A stretch of 64,000 nt of DNA. It comes from Mayamaea pseudoterrestris (lineage: Eukaryota). Made by a program: the position numbers and the translations under genes. The notes beneath the pieces were generated by a model that did no database searches, had not been told where the DNA came from, and saw only the letters and a list, made by a program, of their open reading frames with translations. The DNA lies in contig BROI01000026.1 in NCBI GenBank assembly GCA_027923505.1, positions 62,001 through 126,000 on the forward strand, written 5' to 3'. Of the stretch, positions 1-10,855 are shown piece after piece. Positions within the stretch are counted from its first letter, which is position 1. Each line of letters opens with the position of its first letter.

Positions 1-71
1 CGAAACGGGTGCCAGTGAAAAGTGCGTCATGAGGCAATATAACGAAACGAGTGCCAGTGAAAACTGCGTCA
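1..71. repeat. Two copies of a 29-bp direct repeat upstream of the proteasome gene
   Basis: CGAAACG(G/A)GTGCCAGTGAAAA(G/C)TGCGTCA at 1-29 and 43-71. Confidence 0.8.
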
Positions 72-236
72 CCTCTAAGTAAGCCTTTTTGATTCGTCAT
101 GACGCGAGATCTTGCGGCTCGCGAGGATGCGCATGGATGCCATGATCATCCCATTTTGGCCATGAGATTGACGAGCAAGAACAAGTCTTCTTCCTTAGCA
201 ACTACTTGTATTACTGTTACTCTCTTTGTTACTATC

Positions 237-1043
237 ATGGCATCCCTTATCCAAGCAACGACAGCCTCCTCCAGTTTCCACCGCGAGCATACGACTCGCC
301 CCATGGTGACTGGCACCAGCGTCGTTGGCTTGGTGTACAACGGCGGCGTCTTGCTCGCCGCCGACACGCTGCTGAGCTACGGAAGCATGGCCAAGAGTCA
401 GAACGCCGAGCGCATCAAGGCCATTGGAAACAGTTTCGTTGTGGGAGCGTCGGGAGAATATTCCGATTACATGAAACTCTTGCGCGTCTTGGAAGACAAG
501 CACTTGAGTGAGACGCGGACTGGCATCATTGAGGACGGTCAAACCGAAGTCACGGCGGAAAGTACATGGAACTATTTGCGCATGTTATTTTACAGCAAGC
601 GCAACAAGATGAATCCATACTGGAACGAAGTGCTGGTCGCTGGCTTTGGTAACGTCAAGGATGCTGCTGGCGCGACGACGGGCGGTGACGGCGAAACGTC
701 CAAACCCTTTTTAGGCATGGTGGACAAGATTGGAACGACGGTATCCGGAAACACGCTGGCGACTGGATTCGGCGCGTGGCTGGCGCTGCCGCTGCTGCGC
801 GAAAAGTGGAGACCCGACTTGACGGAAGGTGAAGCCCGGGCGCTGCTGGAGGATTGCATGCGCGTCTTGTTTCTGAGAGACTGTCGGGCCAGTCCGCGCA
901 TTCAGCTGGCCAAGGTGACGCGAGACGTCACCACTGGCAGTGTCGTGACGGCGGTTTCGGATCCGTACATTCTGGAGACGCAGTGGGATTCGGCGGAGTT
1001 TATGCGGCCCGTGGCTGGCTTGGAGGGTGATGGTGGTTGGTAA
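237..1043 (+). CDS. PSMB4: 20S proteasome subunit beta type-4 (beta7, PRE4-like)
   Basis: Motifs TTRPMVTGTSVVG, AADTLLSYGS, GASGEYSD, RNKMNPYWN, ATGFGAWLALPLLR, CMRVLFLRDCRA. ATG 237 chosen over ORF start 99. Confidence 0.93.
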   Translation: MASLIQATTASSSFHREHTTRPMVTGTSVVGLVYNGGVLLAADTLLSYGSMAKSQNAERIKAIGNSFVVGASGEYSDYMKLLRVLEDKHLSETRTGIIEDGQTEVTAESTWNYLRMLFYSKRNKMNPYWNEVLVAGFGNVKDAAGATTGGDGETSKPFLGMVDKIGTTVSGNTLATGFGAWLALPLLREKWRPDLTEGEARALLEDCMRVLFLRDCRASPRIQLAKVTRDVTTGSVVTAVSDPYILETQWDSAEFMRPVAGLEGDGGW

Positions 1044-1513
1044 TGGTATATACATGAGTGCGCAAAGCGTGGAAGCATGGGCGATGGCGGTCACGGACTA
1101 TGATAGGGTGGCATGTAAGGAAATGGAAATGAAACCGCTTTTATATGAAGTTATCAGGAGTAATTAGTACTGTATAGGAAAGAGAAGTCCACATCGCTTT
1201 CGTCAAACAAGCAGCAAGAACAAATGAATGCTCTTGCTCACAAGCCATTAAATCATATGCATTGTTACTGTGTACAAGTTTAATATAAGTTTTTGTCGCT
1301 GCCGGACGCCGCAGTATTTCTCATTGGAACCTTGTCGCTAGCTCAAAGTCAACTATCGTTGATCCGTTTCCGTCGAGTGACGTGGATGTCTGCGACGGCG
1401 GTACACTTTCAAGCACAGTCAAATTGCGCACGTCGAAACGCGACGAATGAGCGACCCAAAAATCATGGAGGATCATCATTGGATCAGCAAACAGCAAGCA
1501 AATACAAGCCTTT

Positions 1514-1569
1514 TGTATCACGAGAAACGCATTCAACTGCATGTATCACGAGAAACGCATTCAACTGCA
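1514..1569. repeat. Perfect 28-bp tandem duplication
   Basis: TGTATCACGAGAAACGCATTCAACTGCA x2. Confidence 0.9.
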
Positions 1570-1721
1570 AGTAGACGAGGCAGCCAAGCTACAGAAGGAG
1601 TAACGTGCTCGCTTTCAACGAGTCTTGCATTGGCTACGGTAGATCTGCAGACACCAGCGAGTCAAGCAGCGAGCAGGATTGAAAGGAGGCAGCGAGAACG
1701 GAGCGAGGAAACTGTTTCAAC

Positions 1722-4700
1722 ATGCTTCGCTTTAGCCATTGCTTGATTGCAGTGCTTGGTTTGACGACGCTACCATCCATCGAGGCATTCAACTCGTTTC
1801 TGCATCAATTAGCTACCAACGGAAGAGGAGTCTCGTCGTGGAGCGGCCATCATCATCCGCCCAAGACCTTTGGAATCGTTCCAGCAACACGCAGCAAGGA
1901 AACGAAAGCGTCACAGCTGCACGCTCATCGATTCGACTTTACCAATAGTTACCTTTCGTCACTATCAGGCAGTGGCACTGGGTTCACTCGCACCAAGGCC
2001 CTCTTTGACAGTGCGCGAGATAGTGGCGAAACGGCTACTGCATCTACGACTACTAGTACAGACGATGATGGCTTGGACTTGGAACTATTGCAGTCACAGG
2101 CGGGCGGCGCCAGGAAGCGAAAGCGCAAGTTGAACAAGAAGCAAGCCTCGACGCGACAAGTCAAATTTGTAGAGCCGTCCAGTAAAGATAGTGAGAAGGA
2201 GAAGGAGGCGAACAACACTAAAGGTGCTGCTGCATTGTCGACAAACGATTTTGCGGAAACGGACATTGCTGACTCGCTACAAGAGACTATAGTTGAAGCA
2301 AGGGAAAACGCATTGGCGGAAAGTGATGATGTAGCTGGCACTACGTTGGAACCAGATGGTGGAGCGGCTAAAATTACTATTGATGCTGCACCCAGCGAAA
2401 CTACAATCAACAATTCCGCAGACGCGGATGAGCAATTTGAAAGCAACGATGCGCCAGACAAGCCGCTCGAAATAGCTTTTGAAAGTGAAACCAATGATTC
2501 AATTCTAGCTGCACCGGACCTTGACAAGAGTTGGGATGTGAACGGGGCGTCCATGAAGGAATCACCAGTGGATGCGACAGCAACGGACGAAGACGAGACT
2601 GTTAGTGCCTCCGACGACGAGGAATCAATTTCGCTTGTGGATATGGATGAAACGACTGCGGCTATTGATCCGGTGGACGATGAATCACTAGCAGTCGATG
2701 CAGCCACGCAGCAATCAGCGAAAGAGTCGAAAGATGCGATTCAAATGGACGAATCCGACCAACTTTCTCCCATTGCTGATCTTGCCAAAGTTGAAACAAC
2801 GTTGCCTGTCGATGAGGAACCAGGTGCCACTGCTGATTTAGTGGAAGACGAACCTGCGGTAGAACCCGAGCAGCAATCAGATGCGACCTTTGAACAGGAT
2901 CTTGACGCTGACCTTGACGCCGATGAGTCAACTGTCTTGAACGATTATACAGTTACGAAGGAAAACGAGCAAGTTGAATCTGCTGCAGCAGCTGACGTTG
3001 CTGCGCCAAGCGTTGAAGCGAAAGCGTCTACGAGTACAGTCAAAAAGTCGTTTGCGCCAGGCAACAGCAGTGGCGGCTACAAGATTGTCTCCGACAGTGG
3101 CTTTTTGGGTGGACTTTCCGGCAAGTCGATTGTGATCCAGCCCGTCGCGGCAGAAAGGTCTTACGAAAATGCCGCGGATTTAACAGCGGACGAAGGTAGT
3201 GCCGAATTTGACGAGCCTTTTGCGAGCTTCGAGCAATCAACAGAGCCTATTACTGGTGTTGCAGAGAAGGAGACTATTGAGGAAGAGGTGCCTGTCAGCC
3301 AGTCGGATAATATCTTGGTCGCAGAAACTACGCCGCAGGAAAATGCCGAGGATGTGGAGTTGATGCCATTGCCTCCTGCTAATGACGCAACGGCCGAAGC
3401 ATTCGGAATGGGAACGCAAGTTGAAGACGATGCGTTCGTATCAAATATTGCGTCGCGAGACGACGCGGCTGCCGTAAATGATTTTGATTCCTCCATTGAT
3501 ATCAATGGCGAATCAGTGTTCGAGGACCCACCCGAAACAGCGTCCCCCGAGTCGGGTACGTCAGAGCTTGTATTCGCCGCAACCGAGAACGAAAAAGCGA
3601 GCTCGGCTTCGATGAATCTGAGGCCCAAACAATATTGGCGTGCACCAAACGTGACGGAAAGTGTTGCACCACGAGTCGAGAAGGTTGATGGTCTCAACAT
3701 ATTCTCGGCCCATGTGATTGATGATAGCTTCCGTTCATCGACCATGCTTGGCGAAACGCTAGATGATCAAATACAGCACATGATTGCGGCCGCTGACGAA
3801 TATGACTTGATGAAATTCATTATTCTGCAGCGGCGAGGCGAGCACGAGCGCGACATTCAATCGTTTGAAATTGTACTAGCGCCGGACACGTCTGCTGACA
3901 TTGGTTGGACGCTTTACAATATGGATAAATTCTCTGGGCATAAGGATGTGGACGACGGTATTTTAGGAGGGTCCATTTTTGTTGGGCCCAACGAGTTGGC
4001 CGAAGTAACTGTCAATTACGTTGACTCAACGGAACGAATCGGAACTGGCACACCAATCCAAGGAAACGAGGAGACTGTCATTCGTTGTGCCAACCGCGGC
4101 GCCGAGTGGTATGTGAACGGAGAACTTGTGGCGGCGACACCTCAGTTTCGACGAGGAATATGCGCCAACGGCATTCCAGCACCTTATGTGGGTATTCAAA
4201 AAGGTTTATTTCGGTTCACTAAGATTGAACTTGTAGACATTCCTGCAAAAAGACCGCCTGCCGGCTTGATATCGGGCGACACTTCCAAAGAGCCACCATC
4301 TGCTTCGATAGAAGGCGAAACAAGAATGGAACCTAATGAGAGTTCGGTATTAAACTCAGGTGGCGACGACCAGGTTCAATTTGCCAAGGATAATGGGACG
4401 GTTGCGACTGAAAATCCTGATATATCAGCACTGATGGAAGTCGACACGGATGGTCAGTTAAATGATAATAATTCTCCTGCCTTTGACACCGACATAAAAC
4501 CAACCGAATCTGGATCGACTGACATGATCATTGAATCTAATGATGATTCGAGTGCGGAAGTTTGGCTGGATGAATCGGGTGTGGATTCTGTAAAGTTTGA
4601 ATCAACAAAAATGTCCAGTGATATCACTGACGACTCGATTGTTGAGAAAACTACGGAAAGTGCGCTGGATGGGGTTGATGAGGACACTGCTGATTCGATG

Positions 4701-7700
4701 GATGCAAACACTGTTTTGGAAACAGAAACGGACAGACCAATGGACACGATAGACGACACTAGCTCACCTGCGGCAGCTGCTGATAGCCTCGATAAACAAT
4801 CAAGGGACGCAAGCGAGCTTGCCGCTAGTGTTGCGACAGCTACAGTCAATGAAGAGTTGGCACTGGGCAAGAAAACCTACTTGCCGACTCGGAACATGAA
4901 GAATGTCACAACGTCTGGTTACCTTGGCGAGCTCACTACTTCGTCGCCTCCGTCAGAATTGACCACCGGCGAGGTATTATATGAAGCAGCGGCATCGACT
5001 GCTGCCCAGCCTGTTTCTGCTGTGTCGAAAGCCGAGTCCGAAAGTAATGAAACATTGCCTGCTGCACCTATTCCTGCGAGTATTCTCAGTCTTCCAGACG
5101 AACAACGCAACCGAACAGAGACAGCAGCGGCAGCCTCCCAAGTTTCCAAGGCCAATAACGACAGCTTTGCTTCGTCAATGTCTAAATCAAACTCAAATCT
5201 GGCTTCTTTTGACGAACAACGAGTATTCGAAGCAAAATCTTCACAATCAACTAATCTTTCAGCTGCCGCTATGTCGCCTGACATGTCGGCAGACGCCATG
5301 ACTGGGAACGCAGCACCTGCTCAAAAGAAATCCTACGCACCCGGTGGCGGCACTATGCGAAATGTCACTACATTTGGGTATCTGGGTGATCTCAATGCCG
5401 GGCCTAAACTCGAAGCGGAGAAGACAGATTCTATCGACGAATCATTAGATCTAGCTACCGAGGCTAGCTCTGCCCAACTTCTGGCTACAGAACAGATCGA
5501 AAACACCACTGTAAGTGATGGAACAATAAAGGAAGATCAGTATGCGCCAACTTCAAATGTCACGGCCAAGAGTTTGCCAAAGAAGTCATACTCGCCCACA
5601 AGGAACATGAAGAATGTTACTACTACTGGTTATCTAGGAGAACTGGCCCCTAAAGCCGTACCTCCAGACGATCAAGCGATGCAGAACATAAAAGAGGTAA
5701 CCCACGAGCCTCCTTCCGTCACTTTTGGTTCAATAAAGCCGAATGGGGTACTTCAGGAGCCATCACCTGTGTACTTGCGTCAAGTTGATTATGTTGCCAA
5801 GACACCATCGAAACCATCGCAAGCTAATGTCAAACAACCGGAGCCAGTTCTTGTTGCTTCGGGTGGGGGCAGCTCGTCGGGCATGGATCTGAAATCAGCG
5901 ACACAACACTCGAATACAAGGAGCAGCGGTTTGAGGAAGAATGGCACAACTTCTGGCTATCTTGGCGAGATGAGCAGCAACGCGCTGTCTCCATCTACAG
6001 TAGTTGATCGTGTCAAATTTATGGCGACTGAAACTTCTCGTTCAAACGTTGTACATGGCGAGGGCGACACAAGGCTAGAGCAGCATGGCGCCATTAATGC
6101 CTCGCACGATCGTAACTACAGGGTGGTCGGTGGCGATGACGACAATTTTACGAGCAATTTGCGAGAATTCAGTGCTGGACCAAAACGTTCCGATCTGATT
6201 AATGCGACGAGGAGTGTCCCAGCTGACATATCTGACACCGGAACCGTCCCACACGTGATACCAGCACCAAACTCGTCATACATTAACGTCGCTTCTAAAA
6301 TTAAACAGCAGAGCAAAGCGAAGCACGGCGGCAGCGAGGTCCAGCATGGCCATACCTCTAAGGCAGCATCAAGAGAGAGACGAGAAGATGGCGCGTCGGT
6401 AACTGATACACATTCGCCCAAAGTCATTGATGCACCCCAATCTTTGTCTGGGTCGCCTGCCAAAGCGCCGTTCCCTTTCTTTTTTGCCGAAATGGATGGG
6501 TTAAAAAATACGGAAGAGATTGCACATAGCAAGGTTGATGTAGCTGCCATCACAGACGAGGCACCCCAAGAATGGAAGGCCGCTGAAAACGCAACGGAGA
6601 TCAGGATTGCGCCACCACCTATGGATATTCAGCACGCAGCGGAGCGCGTTGTGCATAAGGTCGAGCACCATGTAGCACATATTGGAAAGGCTATGTTGTC
6701 CGAAACTGCCAAAGGTGTAGAAACGTTTTGGGCGAAAATAAAAGAGTCCAAGCCATTTCGACCTATACCAATTCCGGATGTCAAAGACATCGATTTGACT
6801 CCTGAACTCGATACAAAGGGCATGACGGAAAGAATAATGAAGCGTCTTCCGCAGGAGAACCAGGCCAGCGGCGCTGGAGGCATATCGACATGGGACGGGT
6901 TTTTGAAAGCCGAAGAGAACTGGTCCAAGTTAAAGGAGTCGAAGGCGTTCCGCCCAGTTGGTAGTAACTCTCCACCCCAGTTTGTCGTGACTGACGGAAC
7001 ACTTGGTAATCCTAAATGCTGGGAAAAGCTTCGCATGCAACGAAATAAAAAGCTTGATTACGATGTTGTCGTTTGCGGCGGTACACTAGGTATCTTCTTT
7101 GCTACTGCGCTGCAGTTGAAAGGTTTACAGGTTGCAGTCTTAGAAGCTGGAAAGTTACGCGGTCGCGAGCAGGAGTGGAACATTAGCATGGACGAATTAT
7201 TGGAGCTGAAAAAGCTCGGTGTGTTGTCTCAGGAAGACATTGACGCTGCCATCAAGACGCAATTTCCTGGCTGTCGAAGTGGTTTCAAGAATATGGAAGT
7301 AACACCTTTGGAACAAGGTTACTTTGAAAATGGAATTGGTTACGAATGTGTGACAAAGGATGTTCTTAATTTGGGCATCTCACCAGCCACCTTGATCGAA
7401 CGTGTTGGTCAGCGGTTCAAAGATTTGGGTGGCGTCATTCGAGAGGATGCTCGACTTTACGGTGTTACTGTGTCTGACAACGTGGGTAGTGCTCTCGACT
7501 TAGGTGCTGACATGGAACCTATTACTTCTAGCCTGGTGCTTGACTGTATGGGCAACGCATCTCCTATCACTCGCCAACAGCGATGGGGAATGAAACCTGA
7601 TGGTGTCTGCGCCGTTGTGGGATCTTGTGCGGGAGGATATGACAAAGAGACAAATCTTATCGGCGACATTATCTACACGAACACCGAGATCCAGGACAAG

Positions 7701-8597
7701 GGAGAGGAAGGTATGCTACAATACTTTTGGGAGGCTTTCCCTGTGGGTATTGGTCGTGATGGGAAAGAGCCTGGTACAAGCGACGTCAAAACGACCTATA
7801 TGTTTACCTACATGGATGCCAGTCGAAAGCGTCCGTCTCTTGAAACTCTCATGGAGGACTACTGGAAACTTTTACCAAAATACCAACGGTCGATCAAAAA
7901 CCCTGAAACTGATTTGGATATCAAAAGGGTCTTGTTTGCGTACTTCCCAACCTATCGCGATTCCCCTTTGCAGTCACAATGGAACCGTGTCCTCGCGGTC
8001 GGTGATGCTTCGGGCATTCAAAGTCCTTTAAGTTTCGGCGGCTTTGGAGCACTGACGCGACACTTGGATAGAATATCAACCGCTGTTTCGGAGGCAGTAC
8101 AAAATGAATGCTTGAGCAAGGACCAGTTGAGCGAAATAAATGCGTATACGCCAAATCTGAGTGCAGCTTGGATGTTTCAAAAGGCAATGTCGGTCCGCAT
8201 GGGACAAAAGGTCGACCCCAAGTTTATCAACCGCCTTTTAGCCGGTAATTTTGAGGTCATGGACAACATGGGCGAACGAACCATCAAACCTTTTCTCCAG
8301 GATATAGTTAAAATTGATTCTCTCGTCGGAAGTCTGGCGCGAAGTTTTGTGGCCGATCCAACATTTATGCCGGAGATAGTCAAGCATGTCGGTATCCCGA
8401 CGCTTGTTGAGTGGATTGGTCACGTTGGCATGATGGGCCTGTATACGGCGTTGGACACAGCCGTTTCACCTATCCTCAAGCCTCTTGTCAAAAATATGGA
8501 GGACCCGAAGGAACAGTTTCAATGGAGACGGCGAATGGAAGCGTGGAAGTTCGGAAGTGGACGTGACTACGTCTTTTCTCCCGGCAGAGAAGAGTAA
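1722..8597 (+). CDS. CruA/CruP-family (lycopene cyclase-like) FAD oxidoreductase with ~1700-aa acidic N-terminal extension; probably plastid-targeted
   Basis: C-terminal ~520 aa has YDVVVCGGTLG, GREQEWNIS, LDCMGNASPI, VGDASGIQSPLSFGGFGALTRHL and WKFGSGRDY, typical of CruP. N-terminus is a signal peptide ending IEA-F followed by a Ser/Thr/Arg-rich transit-like stretch. Single 2291-aa ORF. Confidence 0.85.
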   Translation: MLRFSHCLIAVLGLTTLPSIEAFNSFLHQLATNGRGVSSWSGHHHPPKTFGIVPATRSKETKASQLHAHRFDFTNSYLSSLSGSGTGFTRTKALFDSARDSGETATASTTTSTDDDGLDLELLQSQAGGARKRKRKLNKKQASTRQVKFVEPSSKDSEKEKEANNTKGAAALSTNDFAETDIADSLQETIVEARENALAESDDVAGTTLEPDGGAAKITIDAAPSETTINNSADADEQFESNDAPDKPLEIAFESETNDSILAAPDLDKSWDVNGASMKESPVDATATDEDETVSASDDEESISLVDMDETTAAIDPVDDESLAVDAATQQSAKESKDAIQMDESDQLSPIADLAKVETTLPVDEEPGATADLVEDEPAVEPEQQSDATFEQDLDADLDADESTVLNDYTVTKENEQVESAAAADVAAPSVEAKASTSTVKKSFAPGNSSGGYKIVSDSGFLGGLSGKSIVIQPVAAERSYENAADLTADEGSAEFDEPFASFEQSTEPITGVAEKETIEEEVPVSQSDNILVAETTPQENAEDVELMPLPPANDATAEAFGMGTQVEDDAFVSNIASRDDAAAVNDFDSSIDINGESVFEDPPETASPESGTSELVFAATENEKASSASMNLRPKQYWRAPNVTESVAPRVEKVDGLNIFSAHVIDDSFRSSTMLGETLDDQIQHMIAAADEYDLMKFIILQRRGEHERDIQSFEIVLAPDTSADIGWTLYNMDKFSGHKDVDDGILGGSIFVGPNELAEVTVNYVDSTERIGTGTPIQGNEETVIRCANRGAEWYVNGELVAATPQFRRGICANGIPAPYVGIQKGLFRFTKIELVDIPAKRPPAGLISGDTSKEPPSASIEGETRMEPNESSVLNSGGDDQVQFAKDNGTVATENPDISALMEVDTDGQLNDNNSPAFDTDIKPTESGSTDMIIESNDDSSAEVWLDESGVDSVKFESTKMSSDITDDSIVEKTTESALDGVDEDTADSMDANTVLETETDRPMDTIDDTSSPAAAADSLDKQSRDASELAASVATATVNEELALGKKTYLPTRNMKNVTTSGYLGELTTSSPPSELTTGEVLYEAAASTAAQPVSAVSKAESESNETLPAAPIPASILSLPDEQRNRTETAAAASQVSKANNDSFASSMSKSNSNLASFDEQRVFEAKSSQSTNLSAAAMSPDMSADAMTGNAAPAQKKSYAPGGGTMRNVTTFGYLGDLNAGPKLEAEKTDSIDESLDLATEASSAQLLATEQIENTTVSDGTIKEDQYAPTSNVTAKSLPKKSYSPTRNMKNVTTTGYLGELAPKAVPPDDQAMQNIKEVTHEPPSVTFGSIKPNGVLQEPSPVYLRQVDYVAKTPSKPSQANVKQPEPVLVASGGGSSSGMDLKSATQHSNTRSSGLRKNGTTSGYLGEMSSNALSPSTVVDRVKFMATETSRSNVVHGEGDTRLEQHGAINASHDRNYRVVGGDDDNFTSNLREFSAGPKRSDLINATRSVPADISDTGTVPHVIPAPNSSYINVASKIKQQSKAKHGGSEVQHGHTSKAASRERREDGASVTDTHSPKVIDAPQSLSGSPAKAPFPFFFAEMDGLKNTEEIAHSKVDVAAITDEAPQEWKAAENATEIRIAPPPMDIQHAAERVVHKVEHHVAHIGKAMLSETAKGVETFWAKIKESKPFRPIPIPDVKDIDLTPELDTKGMTERIMKRLPQENQASGAGGISTWDGFLKAEENWSKLKESKAFRPVGSNSPPQFVVTDGTLGNPKCWEKLRMQRNKKLDYDVVVCGGTLGIFFATALQLKGLQVAVLEAGKLRGREQEWNISMDELLELKKLGVLSQEDIDAAIKTQFPGCRSGFKNMEVTPLEQGYFENGIGYECVTKDVLNLGISPATLIERVGQRFKDLGGVIREDARLYGVTVSDNVGSALDLGADMEPITSSLVLDCMGNASPITRQQRWGMKPDGVCAVVGSCAGGYDKETNLIGDIIYTNTEIQDKGEEGMLQYFWEAFPVGIGRDGKEPGTSDVKTTYMFTYMDASRKRPSLETLMEDYWKLLPKYQRSIKNPETDLDIKRVLFAYFPTYRDSPLQSQWNRVLAVGDASGIQSPLSFGGFGALTRHLDRISTAVSEAVQNECLSKDQLSEINAYTPNLSAAWMFQKAMSVRMGQKVDPKFINRLLAGNFEVMDNMGERTIKPFLQDIVKIDSLVGSLARSFVADPTFMPEIVKHVGIPTLVEWIGHVGMMGLYTALDTAVSPILKPLVKNMEDPKEQFQWRRRMEAWKFGSGRDYVFSPGREE

Positions 8598-8801
8598 TAG
8601 CACTGGCACCGAGAAGACACGCTCACCAAAACCAATTGCTACCTCTATTGCGTCTACATGGCATGGAAACTGAATTGTCAAGACTTACTTGATATATACT
8701 AGTAGATACAATCACAAACGTTACTGAACATTCGTTCCACCTTGAGTTTATGATGATGATAAAAAGCCGCAGATAGCCAGCATTGTATTCACCGATGGTG
8801 T

Positions 8802-10515
8802 CTATAGTGCTTTGCTCACTGGCAGATGCTCCGATCCCCAACCAGGACAGGCTTGCGACACCGTCTCGTTGTGCTCATGTATCCAGACCAGTAGTTTAAG
8901 TACTTGCTCCGGCGTCAAAATCTCTCGGCACCGGCTCAGTCTATCGTGAAAAATGCGCGTCTTTTCCTCGCAAAGTTCCTTAAGCTTGTTCAACAACGCC
9001 AGGCACTGCGTCAATTAAAAAAGGAGAAGACATTATTTTGCTACTTCCTTCTTCACTGTGCAACAACTCCATCTCACGTACCTCACGCAAATTGGCGCAG
9101 ACGGTGCGAATCTTGGCGCGCTGCTCCAAAATCTTTTTATTCTGCGGTCCAGTAATGCCGAGTTCTTTTTGCAGCAAGCCAACAATGGGATTCGTCGTTG
9201 GCTTGCTCGCCAGTGTTCGACTAATGGGCGCATCTGGTTGAGGATTGCTGCCTCTGCCATGTCCGCCTCCAGTCGTTGAACCATTCATTAACGGCCCTTG
9301 TCCCAGCGTATAGAGGCCCATTTTGGTCACATTCGTCGGATTCGCCAATCGTTCCAGCTGCTCCAAATGCCACTGCAGTTCCAAGTGTCGACGTCGGCCG
9401 TAATCACTATACAGCTCCTGGTAGTGATCAATGAGCTTTTGCATTTCGTCCGGACTGGCATTCTGCTGCTGCAACAATCGCGAAAGCTGGTGCGCGTGCT
9501 CGTCGCGATCCTGGTTGGCTCGCTGATTTTGTGAGCAAAGGGCGGCGAGGCGTGATTGTAGAATGGCATTCTCCTCCTGCAGTAGCGCAAGCTTTGCGTC
9601 GCAGTCTGTGGGACGAGGCCGTTTCCGGCGTTTAAATGCCGATGCTGCTGATGCATTCGTAGTTGTGGTAGATTGCCTTGTCGCCGCATCAGAATCAGTT
9701 CCTTCCGTAGATTCGGCTGCAACAATCGAGCGTTTGCGGCTATTTTCATTCTCGCTGTTTTGCAAGGCTAATGCAGCTGCTTCAACTGATGCAGTAGGCA
9801 TTGGTACTTGCGCTGCATTGGCTGCAGTCGCACCTGATGACGTCGTGGTTGATGTAGTCAAACTCTGCAACGCTTGCATTGGCAAATCAATCCCCAGCCG
9901 CGAGGCTAGCGTCGTAAATTGCGCAAGTAGCTTGGAGCGCTGCTTGTTATCGTCAGCTGGTAGTAATTGTTGTTGATGCGTTTGCTGCTGCATCAATTGG
10001 GACTGCTGCTGCTGTAACAGCGCTCCGCCACCGAGGTGCGCTGCTGCAGGCTGCAGTCCGTTTCCTTGATGCTGCGGCGAATGAGTCGGAACGGGAATTA
10101 CTTGTGTACTATTCGATCCATTCAAGCGCTGCGTAATCTGGCAACCTCTAGCGTCATCACTGATGTGCGTTTGCATTGCAGTTTGCGGTGCAAGAGTCGC
10201 AATTGGAGCTGCTGCTGATTGCTGCAGCGCTCCTCCTCCATTCGCTACTGCTGCACTATCATCCATGACTCCAAAATCATGCAGCAGAGCCTGCTCCGCC
10301 GCTGTTAAGGTTTCATTCAATGCATAGGACGATGACGAGGAATCTTCATTTGCATTTGCAGCAGCAAGTCCTTCCAACGAGGCCGGAAGCATAAGCTGAT
10401 GATCCATGCGAATCATTTCATTGTAAAAGAGTGATTCTAGCAAAGTACAGTCAAGACTGTTATCCGGTTCATTCTGATCTGAAAAAGCATCGTTATTGTT
10501 ACCAAAGTCATTCAT
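8802..10515 (-). CDS. bZIP-like transcription factor with helical C-terminal domain; intron 9006-9081
   Basis: Basic region KRRKRPR followed by leucine heptads (LALLQEENAILQSRL); Q-rich region. GTACGT...GCAG intron joins ...ANLRE to CLALLNKL... in frame. Confidence 0.72.
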
Positions 10516-10855
10516 GCTACTGAACAGCTATTGCTCAATGTATGCTGCTCGTTGTAACGGCGCATATCTGATGCATCATTTTCCCATGGTGATGAACCGA
10601 AGCCGAAAACCAGACGCGTGTCCTTCGAGCGCAGGGGAGTATTCACGATGGGACATTCAGCTACTCGCTAATAGGAATCTAAGCAGACGCAGCGTCCTAC
10701 AGCGCAAGCATGTCTTTCATTTGCTTGCAATAACATGCAAGAGTTTAGGACGAAGAGACAATCATTTAGATTTTTATGCATACTGACCTTATTTGTCTTG
10801 TTTGCACCTTAAATACGAACAGCTGCATCCATCTACTGAGTAACTTATGCTGTCT

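Noticed and set aside
1949..7036. Long Ser-rich antisense ORFs (also opposite other large genes)
   Set aside because: Shadow frames of acidic low-complexity coding sequence.
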